This document shows positions 28,569-36,709 of a DNA stretch of 64,000 nucleotides, in pieces. Position numbers and translations under genes: made by a program. Position 1 is the stretch's first letter; each line of letters starts with the position of its first letter. The notes beneath the pieces were generated by a model, which saw only the letters and a list, made by a program, of their open reading frames with translations, ran no database searches and had not been told where the DNA came from. Source of the stretch: a virus; the IMG/VR virus record IMGVR_UViG_3300012981_000004, positions 9,131-73,130 of that record; one strand, written 5' to 3'.

Positions 28569-28994
28569 ATGATGAGATCAATCAGCGTGATCTTGGTGCT
28601 GCTGCTCGCTTCGTGCGCGCAGCAGGCCCAGGATGTTGGGACGGCGGCGCAGGTAGCGGCCGTCGCAGTCAAGCCCGTCGGCAACCAGGCCGTGGCCGAC
28701 GCCCGAAACACGGTCTACGCCCTCAAGGCGTCGTACGGCGCGGCGCTCCGCGTCGCCGTCGAGTACGCGAGGCTCCCGAGCTGCACGCCTCCGGACCATC
28801 CGGTCGTCTGTTCGTCGGATGCGGCGGTGCGCGGCATGGCGTCGCTGCAGCCGAAGGTCTCGTCGGCCATCAACGCCGCCGAGAGGCTGGCGCTGCAGGC
28901 GAGCCCCGACATGAGCGCGCTGCGGGCCGCCATCTCGACGGCCCAGGCAGCGTACGGCGAGTTCAAGAAGCTGACGGAGGAGGCTAAGCCATGA
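28569..28994 (+). CDS. Lipoprotein (possible spanin component)
   Basis: MMRSISVILVLLLASC canonical lipobox; lysis cassette. Confidence 0.7.
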   Translation: MMRSISVILVLLLASCAQQAQDVGTAAQVAAVAVKPVGNQAVADARNTVYALKASYGAALRVAVEYARLPSCTPPDHPVVCSSDAAVRGMASLQPKVSSAINAAERLALQASPDMSALRAAISTAQAAYGEFKKLTEEAKP

Positions 28995-29227
28995 GCTTGA
29001 GAGATGACATCCTGTCCCTGGTAGGGACCATCGCGATCGAGGCCCCGAAGTACATCGAGGCCGGGGCCGACGTCGTGGACCTCGTGTCGAAGGCACGGGC
29101 CGCGCTCAAGAACCTCGCGGACCGCAGCGGTGCGGCCCCGTCGGATGCCGAGTTCGCCGACCTCGACGCCAGGCTGTCCGCCCTGGAGGGCGAGCTGCAG
29201 CGGGAGGCGGCCGGCAGGTCGGGCTGA
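28991..29227 (+). CDS. Hypothetical protein (last gene of the + arm)
   Basis: ATGA-coupled 78-aa helical ORF. Confidence 0.7.
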   Translation: MSLRDDILSLVGTIAIEAPKYIEAGADVVDLVSKARAALKNLADRSGAAPSDAEFADLDARLSALEGELQREAAGRSG

Positions 29228-29295
29228 GGGACCTACACCCCCAACTGTAACCCTCAGCGCGATGGCCGCCGGCAATTTTCTCCCTTCGGCGGCCC

Positions 29296-29340
29296 GAAGG
29301 CCTCGCCCGGTCTCCTCGGCTGGCGGGGCCTTCGTCATTC
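29296..29340. terminator. Hairpin between the convergent arms
   Basis: GAAGGCCTCGCC..GGCGGGGCCTTC inverted repeat downstream of the last + gene. Confidence 0.5.
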
Positions 29341-29609
29341 CAAAAACCCCTTCCGCCCGAGCGCCGGCCGGATTATCCTCATCTTTCCTCAGGAACCCGG
29401 GAGACGGGGACCATGTAGCGCCACCCAAGCGTAGACCCACATGGGGGAGGTCCGGTAGACCTCCCGGGGACAGCAGGAGACGAGGCAGGGACTACAGAGG
29501 GGTTTCGGGGTGCTAGGATAGCTGCCCCTCCTACCGAGGCCCTTCCCTGCTAAAATACCGAAGCCCTCGACAGCGTTTTTAGGGGTCCCAGGACGCCGTA
29601 TCTCCCCGC

Positions 29610-29867
29610 CTAGGGCCTCGGAGCCTTGCGGATGCCCAGACGTCCAGCCTCCACGCAGTCCGTCCCGGGAGCCTTTGGGAGGTCCACCAGGCAGGCCGAC
29701 TTCTGATCGTAGAGGTGGAAGGTCCCCCGCTTGGACGGGATGGGGACCAGCCGGCCGCCGTCCTTCTGCACCATGACGTAAGCCTCCGAGGACCGGGCGG
29801 GGCGCGCCGCCAGCCAGGTGGCAGAGCCGGCCAGGAGGGCCAGGCCGATCGCCTTACCGATGTTCAT
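29610..29867 (-). CDS. Hypothetical protein with hydrophobic N-terminus
   Basis: MNIGKAIGLALLAGSATWLAA; coupled to the upstream gene. Confidence 0.6.
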   Translation of the reverse strand: MNIGKAIGLALLAGSATWLAARPARSSEAYVMVQKDGGRLVPIPSKRGTFHLYDQKSACLVDLPKAPGTDCVEAGRLGIRKAPRP

Positions 29868-30067
29868 TGTATTAGCTCCACCTTGACGCCGATGCTGCCG
29901 AACGTATGCAGGCCAGGCCGTCGGTCCATGGTGAAACCTTTGCCGCAGAAATTTCGGACCAAGCGCTTGACCTGGTTCGCTTCGACGTTCTCGGCCAGGA
30001 CCAGACGGGCGGTATCGCCCTCCGTCACGTTGATGATGACTATCCGGTACTTCTTACTTGTGTTCAT
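29864..30067 (-). CDS. Hypothetical protein
   Basis: 67 aa, coupled overlap. Confidence 0.65.
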   Translation of the reverse strand: MNTSKKYRIVIINVTEGDTARLVLAENVEANQVKRLVRNFCGKGFTMDRRPGLHTFGSIGVKVELIQ

Positions 30068-30254
30068 CGCTCAATCTCTCGACTAGGTAGGCCAGCTCGA
30101 CCGGGCCTCCGTTCAGGAAGCTGGCCAGGGAGCAGGCCAGCAGGAAGTTGCCGCACTCGCCCACGACGTGGAAGCGCTGACGGCCCGTGGGATGGTCGAC
30201 CTCCAGGAACATGCCGACCTCGTACTTGCCGCCGGCGGACCTCACGGTGTGCAT
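30054..30254 (-). CDS. Hypothetical protein
   Basis: 66 aa with RBS. Confidence 0.6.
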   Translation of the reverse strand: MHTVRSAGGKYEVGMFLEVDHPTGRQRFHVVGECGNFLLACSLASFLNGGPVELAYLVERLSDEHK

Positions 30255-30412
30255 GGAACCTCCACGATCACGTAGGGATAGCCGCAGGTCGGCGTGGCGT
30301 CGGCGACGAGCTGGGCTTCCTCCCTGGTTGGCGCTTCGAGAGCAGCGTTGTTCTGCTCGTTGGCGATGAAGATGATGCCGTCGGGCGTCCTCACGAGGAT
30401 GACGTAGCTCAC
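30242..30412 (-). CDS. Hypothetical protein
   Basis: GTG overlaps the upstream stop; MSYVILVRTPDGIIFI. Confidence 0.55.
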   Translation of the reverse strand: MSYVILVRTPDGIIFIANEQNNAALEAPTREEAQLVADATPTCGYPYVIVEVPCTP

Positions 30413-31035
30413 TTGATGCCCTCCAGCTTGTCGCGGATCGCGAGGCCGCGCCCTTCCTCGGGTTCCTTGCCGGCGAGCTTCAAAATCCAGTCGCTCGACG
30501 ACTTCTTGTCCGGGGCGCAGGGCTTGATGACGACCTCGTGCCCTGCGGGGTGCCTGAAGGTCAGCGGCTCGTCGTCTGCGTTGGACCAGGGGGAGAAGCC
30601 AGCGGCCTTGATGGCGAGCGCGAGGTGGCTGTTGCAGATGTACCACTTCTTGACGCTGGGCTGCCGCGGAGCGCGAGCCCCCTGCTCCCTCGCCGGCCGC
30701 TCGACCTGAGCTGGTGCGGCGATCGGCTCGATATGCAGGAAGGTCTTCTCCTGGTCCGTGTAGTTCACGCCCTTGAAGCTGTGGCGCTTCTTGTCGTACC
30801 AGGCCTCGAACGCGGCCATGTCAGGCCATTCGCCGAGCTGCACGACCTCCTCGCCAACCAGATACTCCGCCGTCACAGGCGCCTTGACGTTGACAACGTA
30901 AGCGTCGATCTTGGCCACGTGCTTTCTCATGATCCAGTTGCGGGTTGTGCCTCGGCCCAGAACCTCGGCGACGACGGCATCGACCTTGGCCTGAGCTTCG
31001 GGCGAGAGCGGGTTGACCCAAATCTTATCGGCCAT
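30409..31035 (-). CDS. Hypothetical protein sharing a C-terminal domain with the ADP-ribosyltransferase
   Basis: Start MADKIW. C-terminal TFRHPAGHEVVIKPCAPDKKSSSDW matches the ART segment FKHADGAEIVVHPPAPDKKSSSKW. Confidence 0.75.
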   Translation of the reverse strand: MADKIWVNPLSPEAQAKVDAVVAEVLGRGTTRNWIMRKHVAKIDAYVVNVKAPVTAEYLVGEEVVQLGEWPDMAAFEAWYDKKRHSFKGVNYTDQEKTFLHIEPIAAPAQVERPAREQGARAPRQPSVKKWYICNSHLALAIKAAGFSPWSNADDEPLTFRHPAGHEVVIKPCAPDKKSSSDWILKLAGKEPEEGRGLAIRDKLEGIK

Positions 31036-31222
31036 GGTGCTCGCCCTGCAGCTCACGCACCACCTCAGTGAGGGCGTCGTGGTCAGCGTCTTCCAGGTCT
31101 GCATCGCACATCTTCATGTCGGAGGCGACGCGGGAGGGGTCTTCCTTCCACAGGTCGTAGCCGTTCTCCTGAGCGTTCCTCATGGCCTCGCCGGCCAGCT
31201 CCTTCATCCGTTCGATCGTCAT
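31025..31222 (-). CDS. Hypothetical acidic protein
   Basis: MTIERMKEL.. behind GGAGGAG and downstream of a promoter. Confidence 0.7.
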   Translation of the reverse strand: MTIERMKELAGEAMRNAQENGYDLWKEDPSRVASDMKMCDADLEDADHDALTEVVRELQGEHHGR

Positions 31223-31250
31223 CGCTCCTCCCTCCTTTTCGGGGCTCCTG

Positions 31251-31279
31251 AGCCTACCAGCCCGGTGCACAAAAGTAAA
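31251..31279 (-). promoter_or_regulatory. Sigma70-like promoter TTTACT-17-TAGGCT
   Basis: One of five intergenic copies of a TTTACT -35 box oriented towards a gene start. Confidence 0.65.
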
Positions 31280-31474
31280 CTAGCCGACGTAGTAGTCGTA
31301 GTGGTCGTTGTCCCTTTCGAGGTTGGTCGGAGGGGCATAGCTCCTATCCACTGTCTCCAGCCACACCACGACCTTGAGGCCGCACCGCCTGTCCAGGGCC
31401 ACGACCGGGAACCACGCGAACCACCGATCGCGCTTGGCGGGCTTGGCCCGCCTGTCCTTGAGCTGATGTCTCAC
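31280..31474 (-). CDS. Hypothetical protein
   Basis: 64 aa; WFAWFPV..VWLETV. Confidence 0.6.
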   Translation of the reverse strand: MRHQLKDRRAKPAKRDRWFAWFPVVALDRRCGLKVVVWLETVDRSYAPPTNLERDNDHYDYYVG

Positions 31475-31689
31475 TTGGTCTCCTCCTTCACGCTACGCGT
31501 CGTGATCGTGAGGCCGCGCACCAAGCCCTCGCTCGACGCGTCCCAATCGAACTCGGTGCCGGCGTCAAGCTCGATGCCCTTTCTGTCCACTAGCCACTGC
31601 GCCACGATCTTCTCCAGGTCATCGGCCGTCAGCTCGTAGCGCGTCGTCGTGGCAACGCTCGTCGTCGTCATTATCTTCAGCTGCGTCAT
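31471..31689 (-). CDS. Hypothetical protein
   Basis: MTQLKIMTT.. behind a GAGGAG RBS. Confidence 0.6.
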   Translation of the reverse strand: MTQLKIMTTTSVATTTRYELTADDLEKIVAQWLVDRKGIELDAGTEFDWDASSEGLVRGLTITTRSVKEETK

Positions 31690-31699
31690 GCTTATCTCC

Positions 31700-32260
31700 T
31701 CAGAAACCAAAGTGGCGGCGCCGTTCTTCGACCAGCTCCGGGTTGTTCGCGCTCTCGTGCTCCACCCAGCCGCGCCCCCCTGTCAGGGCAGGGGGAAACA
31801 TCGTGATACCCTCGGTGGAGGAGAACCGGACGACCACAGGCTTGCCCACCTTCTCCAGGTAGGCCAGCAGGCGCTCGTCCCTGTAGCTCTCGCGCCTGGC
31901 GGGGTCGACCCACACCTGCACGACCTCCATGACCGAGGTTGCCCCGCTGTCGTTGTCGGTCATAGAGATTATGTCTGGCATCACGTCGATGACGTAGCCG
32001 GCGCGGTCGGGCCTCGGCAGCAGGCGCTCCGGGTCATCCACGAGCCAGCGGCAGTTCCAGAGCTTGCAACACTCGGGCATGGCGCCTCTGCCGTAGACCC
32101 GGCAGCCGGCCCTGCCCTGGTGCTGGCACTTGGTGTTGGCCGGCTTGTGCCAGCCCGCCCCTACCGCGTGGGGCCGGCCGGACGAGAAGTCCACCCTGAT
32201 ACCCTCGTCCACGGGGAGGAGCTTGCAGCAGAGCTGGCAGTCTCCGCATTTACGGCTCAT
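31700..32260 (-). CDS. YkgJ-like Cys-cluster (Zn/Fe-S) protein
   Basis: CGDCQLCCK..KCQH..GCRVYG..PECC..WNCRWL. Confidence 0.75.
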   Translation of the reverse strand: MSRKCGDCQLCCKLLPVDEGIRVDFSSGRPHAVGAGWHKPANTKCQHQGRAGCRVYGRGAMPECCKLWNCRWLVDDPERLLPRPDRAGYVIDVMPDIISMTDNDSGATSVMEVVQVWVDPARRESYRDERLLAYLEKVGKPVVVRFSSTEGITMFPPALTGGRGWVEHESANNPELVEERRRHFGF

Positions 32261-32730
32261 GAGTTCCCCCACGGATCGACCAGGCTCTCCTCGGCCCATT
32301 CACGGGCCTGCTCGTCGATCTTCTCGACGCAGGCGTCGTACCTCGCGGCCATGGCTCTGTAGGGCGGGCAGGTGCGCGTCAGGAAGTCGTCGACGCGCTC
32401 CGCCGCCATCTCCTCCAGCATCTGCACGTGCACGTCGTCGAGCGGAGGCGTGAGCCTGGGCGTCGACACGACGTTGATCAGCAGCTCGGCCAGCTGCGCC
32501 TTGGGCCCGACGCGTCGCAGGAATTTGACAGTGTTGACCAGGTGGCCGTCATCCATCTCGGCGACGGCGATGCGCTCGCCCTTCGCGGTCATCCAGTGCT
32601 TAGCGTCGCACAACTTCATGTGCTTGAAGTACGACCAGCCTCTTTCCATGAACGCATCGTGGCCCTGCGCTAGTTCTTCCAGCTTGGCGCGGCAGGCCTG
32701 GACGCCTGCCGCGAAGTCGTTACTTGTCAT
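32257..32730 (-). CDS. Hypothetical protein
   Basis: 157 aa; W.TAKGERIAVAEMDDGHLVNT. Confidence 0.65.
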   Translation of the reverse strand: MTSNDFAAGVQACRAKLEELAQGHDAFMERGWSYFKHMKLCDAKHWMTAKGERIAVAEMDDGHLVNTVKFLRRVGPKAQLAELLINVVSTPRLTPPLDDVHVQMLEEMAAERVDDFLTRTCPPYRAMAARYDACVEKIDEQAREWAEESLVDPWGNS

Positions 32731-32748
32731 GTTGTCTCCTCGCTCTCG

Positions 32749-34383
32749 TTAGATGATGTCCAAATGTCCGACGCCTGCCTCCTTCGGCGGGGCCTTGACC
32801 GGAGCCTTCTTTGCCAGCCCCTCGCCCCTCAGGTAGATCATCGTCCGCTGGAAGCGGGTGCGGGCGACGTATTTGAGGTTCATCTCCTGCTTGTGCTGGT
32901 GCTCCTGGCGCGCGAACGGCGACGGCAGGAGGTCCTGGCGATAGATGGCGACGGTCGGCCACTCGCGGCCCTTCGCCTTGTGCATGGTCGAGAGCGTCAG
33001 TACCTTGCCGCCGGCATCGTCGAACAGGCTCTCGATGCCGCGGATCAGCTTGGGCACCGTGCGCTCGTTCTCGTCGAGGGCGTCGATGAAAGTCATGACG
33101 CACTCGACGCGGTCCGCCACGCCGGCCGCCTTCATCTCCTTGCCCTTCGCCATGAAGGCCGCGACCTCGCGCTCCTGGTAGGCCTGCAGCTTCTCCTTCA
33201 GCGCGTCGATGGTCTTGGCCCGCATCTTCTTCACGAGCGAGACCAGGCCGTTGCCGATCTCGCGGCCGAGCACCTTGCAGGGCACCCGGCGCGCCATCAG
33301 CTGGTACGCGAGGCCGACCAGGGGAGCCGTGTTGCGACAGAGGATAGCCGCCGATGCGTCGAGCCTGGGCAGGGCCTCCTCCACGGACAGCTCCAGGACC
33401 TCGCCTTTCGGCGCCGACGTGTGGACCGAGAACTCAGGCACCAGGTCGCGCACCTCGGCCTCGGCCACTTGGGGGCAGCGGTAGGACACGGTGAGAGGCA
33501 GCGAGACCGCGTTGAACTCCTTGCGGAGGAGGTTCATCGCCTCGCTGTCGGCGCCCGTGAAACCGTAGATGGCCTGTGCGCTGTCGCCAAAGGCGAAGAA
33601 GCGGCCGCCCGGGCGCAGGGCCAGGCGGGCGATCGCGCGGCGCACGGGGTTGACGTCCTGACCCTCGTCGACGATGACCTTCGTCTGGCGGAACAGCTGG
33701 AGTTTCCACTTGAGGGGGAGGTAGAGCATGTCGTCGAAGTCGATGACGCGCTTCTCCTCGGCGACTTGGTTCGAGCGGCGCAGCAGCTCGCGGGCGTACT
33801 CGATGGCCTGCTCCACCGTAGCGTCCTGGTCATCGAGGTACATGTCGTGGTGGTCGATGATGTCGAGCCACGCGGTCTCCACGTCGGGGACCAGGCAGCC
33901 CACCCCCTGCCCCTTCGCGTAGGACACCAGCTCGCAGACGAACTCGCCGTAGCGGGCGTAGGTATCCTCCGACCACAGCTGCTGTGAGAGGTCCTTGAGC
34001 TTGTAGGAATTGGTCTCAACCTGGTTGGGTGCGCAGCCCCAGCGCTTGAGAAGCGCGCCGAAACCCAGCGAGTGGAAGGTAGAGACCCTGACGTTGCGGA
34101 AGTCGCGGCCCGTGGTCTGCCGCAGGTGTTCGACCTTCTCCTTCATCTCCTTCACGATGGCGGCGTTGAAGGCGAGCACCAGGATGGGCTCGCTCGGCGG
34201 CGTGTAGAGGAGGCTATAGACGATCGTCGTCGACTTACCGGAGCCTGCCACGGCCTCGACGACGGCCGAGCGGCGATCGTCGCGGACGAACTCGAAGACG
34301 GCGAGCTGCATGGGGGACGGCTCGAAGCCTGCGGGCAGGGGGGAGCTACCGACGGGACGGCCCGGGCGGAGCAACGCGTTCAT
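32749..34383 (-). CDS. UvrD/Rep-like SF1 helicase
   Basis: AVAGSGKST, VDEGQD, GDSAQAIYGFTGA, SYRCP, STMHKAKGREW. Confidence 0.92.
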   Translation of the reverse strand: MNALLRPGRPVGSSPLPAGFEPSPMQLAVFEFVRDDRRSAVVEAVAGSGKSTTIVYSLLYTPPSEPILVLAFNAAIVKEMKEKVEHLRQTTGRDFRNVRVSTFHSLGFGALLKRWGCAPNQVETNSYKLKDLSQQLWSEDTYARYGEFVCELVSYAKGQGVGCLVPDVETAWLDIIDHHDMYLDDQDATVEQAIEYARELLRRSNQVAEEKRVIDFDDMLYLPLKWKLQLFRQTKVIVDEGQDVNPVRRAIARLALRPGGRFFAFGDSAQAIYGFTGADSEAMNLLRKEFNAVSLPLTVSYRCPQVAEAEVRDLVPEFSVHTSAPKGEVLELSVEEALPRLDASAAILCRNTAPLVGLAYQLMARRVPCKVLGREIGNGLVSLVKKMRAKTIDALKEKLQAYQEREVAAFMAKGKEMKAAGVADRVECVMTFIDALDENERTVPKLIRGIESLFDDAGGKVLTLSTMHKAKGREWPTVAIYRQDLLPSPFARQEHQHKQEMNLKYVARTRFQRTMIYLRGEGLAKKAPVKAPPKEAGVGHLDII

Positions 34384-34977
34384 TTACTTGACCTCCTTGA
34401 CGGTGATGCGGAAGACGGAGCCCGACGCTTCGTCGGTAGCCTCCCAATGTTGGATCATGTCGCCGACGTAGGCATCGCGTTCCCAACGAAGCTCGTTGGT
34501 CTGGCCCTCAGGGTAAAGCGCGCCGAGGTCGTCCTGCGCCGCCTCCATGGCGGAGGAGAGCTTCGAGAAGACGGCGCCGGGCTGCAGCAGGGTCTCGACC
34601 TGGCCCTCGACCTTGTCGTCGTGGAAGGACGCGTCGTAGCCCGTCAGGACGTAGACGTAGGGCGCGCACAGGTGGCGGACCTTAGCGTCGTCCCATGCAG
34701 CGTTGACGAGCTTGAGGTCGATCTCCTGCGCGGACGCTGCTTCGGGCGTCTCCTCGCCGAGCGCCATCTCGCGGCCGACGACCTTCTCGAAGGCCTCGGC
34801 CATCGCCATGTTGGCATCGCAGTAGTCGTGGGAGGCACAGACGCTCGCGTCCTCGACGACGTACGCCACGTTCTTGGAACGCATCTCGGCGAATTGATCC
34901 TCAGTTAGCCACTCGCGAAGGACGCCGGTGAAGGCGTCGGAGAGGCGGCGAACGGTGGAGAGGTCCGGGGCGCTCAT
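34384..34977 (-). CDS. Hypothetical protein
   Basis: MSAPDL.. coupled to the upstream stop; CASHDYCDANMAM motif. Confidence 0.65.
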   Translation of the reverse strand: MSAPDLSTVRRLSDAFTGVLREWLTEDQFAEMRSKNVAYVVEDASVCASHDYCDANMAMAEAFEKVVGREMALGEETPEAASAQEIDLKLVNAAWDDAKVRHLCAPYVYVLTGYDASFHDDKVEGQVETLLQPGAVFSKLSSAMEAAQDDLGALYPEGQTNELRWERDAYVGDMIQHWEATDEASGSVFRITVKEVK

Positions 34978-35216
34978 CAGAAGCTCCCCTCGACGAAGTT
35001 GGTCCACAGGAAGCGCTCGACGGCGGCGAGGTCGCCGTTCATGAATTCGTCGTTGAAGACGATCGTGTAGTAGCCGCCCTCTGGCAGCTCCTCGATCCAC
35101 GCGAAGCCGCCGCGCTTATCACCGTAGGTGAAGCCCTTGCGGCCGTCCATGTCATCCACCTCTTTGCCGAGGTCAGCATGGCCCTCGCGCGTCCGCCGCC
35201 ATTCTTCGAAAGTCAT
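34977..35216 (-). CDS. Hypothetical protein
   Basis: 79 aa, first gene after the promoter at 35278. Confidence 0.7.
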   Translation of the reverse strand: MTFEEWRRTREGHADLGKEVDDMDGRKGFTYGDKRGGFAWIEELPEGGYYTIVFNDEFMNGDLAAVERFLWTNFVEGSF

Positions 35217-35277
35217 TTCCAGCTCCTTGCCGTTGTCCGCCTAAGCCCCATGTCGTAGGCTGTCGGTCGGTGCCCCG

Positions 35278-35307
35278 ATTATAGCCTCCCCGGAGTGCAG
35301 GAGTAAA
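35278..35307 (-). promoter_or_regulatory. Sigma70-like promoter TTTACT-18-TATAAT
   Basis: Consensus -10 in a GC-rich genome; intergenic. Confidence 0.75.
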
Positions 35308-35329
35308 TACCCCGGGAAGGCCAGCTTTT

Positions 35330-35617
35330 TTAGCGTTTCGCGAGTTCCGCGGCCCTCCTCCTGGCGGCCTCGACGTGCTGCTGGACCGAGTAGCTGAGGT
35401 CCGCGAAGCCCTCGACGCTGTAACCGATCAGCTGGGCGAACTGCGAGCGGTCGTGCTTCGACCATCCAAGCTCGTACGCCAGCACGGCCAGTTTGTTCAT
35501 GTCAATGACGCCGCTCTCCACCAGGTAGGCCACGACGGCGTTCCTTTGGAAGCGCGCGATACCATGTGCGTCGAGGACGACGGGCTGCATGGGTTGCTTC
35601 CTGCTGCGCTCCTTCAC
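35330..35617 (-). CDS. Hypothetical protein
   Basis: 95 aa; RFQRNAVV.YL..DMNKL..QFAQLIGYSVEGFADL. Confidence 0.7.
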   Translation of the reverse strand: MKERSRKQPMQPVVLDAHGIARFQRNAVVAYLVESGVIDMNKLAVLAYELGWSKHDRSQFAQLIGYSVEGFADLSYSVQQHVEAARRRAAELAKR

Positions 35618-36420
35618 GCCGCCCTCCCACGCTGCAGGCTCCTGCTCGGCGCGTCGGGTCCGCCGAAGCGGCTGACCGTGATCATGGCGCCGACGTTCAG
35701 GCGGATTACCATGCTACCCGAGACGTCCATCTGCGACTCCCACGACGACGGCGTCAGCAGCAGCTGCTTGACCGTCTTCAGCCACTCGGTGTGCATCAGC
35801 ATGCCGTCGTTGCGCGCGGCATCGCACGCCATGTTGAGAGCCCTAGCAGCGATCGCGTCGGAGCGCAGGCGCGTCTCCGTGCGGATGTAACGCTCGCCTG
35901 CCTCGACGTAGGTCGCCTGGTAGAAGGTGCCGCCTGTGCCGGTCACGAGGGCGCGTATCTCTGACCGCACTCGCATCAGCTGGCGCCCCAGGTGGTTCTG
36001 CCCCCTGCCCTTGTAGACGCCCCAGCAGGTATCGTTCCACGTGTTGCCCTCGACCAGCTCGGCGGAGCCCGTGCGCGCGAGGGCGACGCGCATTTGTGGC
36101 TTGGCGAACTTGAGGCGCAGGAGGTCCAACATGACGCGATACTTGGCCTCCTCCCAGTCGTGCCGCACCGCCACGCCGTGCTCCTCGAAGGAGCGGCGCT
36201 GCCCCAGCTCCTTCGCCTTACCGGGCGTCGGGGCTCGCTGGATGCGGTCCTGGTGACGGCGGTCGCGCGTCTTCATCGCCTGGTAAGCGTGCTCCGTCGT
36301 CATCCACGGCCTGCCGTCGTACACGATCGTGCCGCACCTGTGGAAGTTCGACAGGAAGTCGTAATCGGTGCCGTCGAAGAAATCGATCTTGCCCTTGGTA
36401 AGCTCTCTGCTATTGCTCAT
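35614..36420 (-). CDS. NADAR (YbiA-like) domain protein with C-terminal extension
   Basis: FLSNFH, TTEHAYQAMK, WEEAKYRVM..KF, LVEGNTWNDTCWG..GQNHLGRQLMRVR. Confidence 0.9.
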   Translation of the reverse strand: MSNSRELTKGKIDFFDGTDYDFLSNFHRCGTIVYDGRPWMTTEHAYQAMKTRDRRHQDRIQRAPTPGKAKELGQRRSFEEHGVAVRHDWEEAKYRVMLDLLRLKFAKPQMRVALARTGSAELVEGNTWNDTCWGVYKGRGQNHLGRQLMRVRSEIRALVTGTGGTFYQATYVEAGERYIRTETRLRSDAIAARALNMACDAARNDGMLMHTEWLKTVKQLLLTPSSWESQMDVSGSMVIRLNVGAMITVSRFGGPDAPSRSLQRGRAA

Positions 36421-36475
36421 TGCTCTGTCTCGCTCTCGGTTGTTGATAAGTGCGCGCTTGGGGATGCCTGCTGCT

Positions 36476-36708
36476 AGGCATTGATGACAAGCTCCTCCGC
36501 CGCGATGGCGTCAAGCTCCTTGCCGAAGGCTACGCCCCAGGCCACGGACCTCTCCACCAGCTTCTTGGCCGCGTCTGGCTTTAGAGCCGCGAGGTTGTCA
36601 GTTCTCGGCATGGGGCCGAGGCGCCTGCGCGTGCGGTCGACGGCCAGGTCTACGGCGAAGTACATGGCCTTGTCGTCGGCGCTGAGGTCCGTCGGACTTG
36701 ATAGCTCC
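36476..36708 (-). CDS. Hypothetical protein
   Basis: MELSSPTDL.. behind GGAGA; boundaries approximate. Confidence 0.55.
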
Positions 36709-36709
36709 A

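Noticed and set aside
168-29000. Many long minus-strand ORFs opposite the structural genes (for example 4311-6308, 11569-13920) and long plus-strand ORFs opposite the right arm
   Set aside because: Shadow ORFs of high-GC coding DNA. They are Arg/Ala/Gly-rich, lack RBS and family motifs, and fully overlap well-supported genes.
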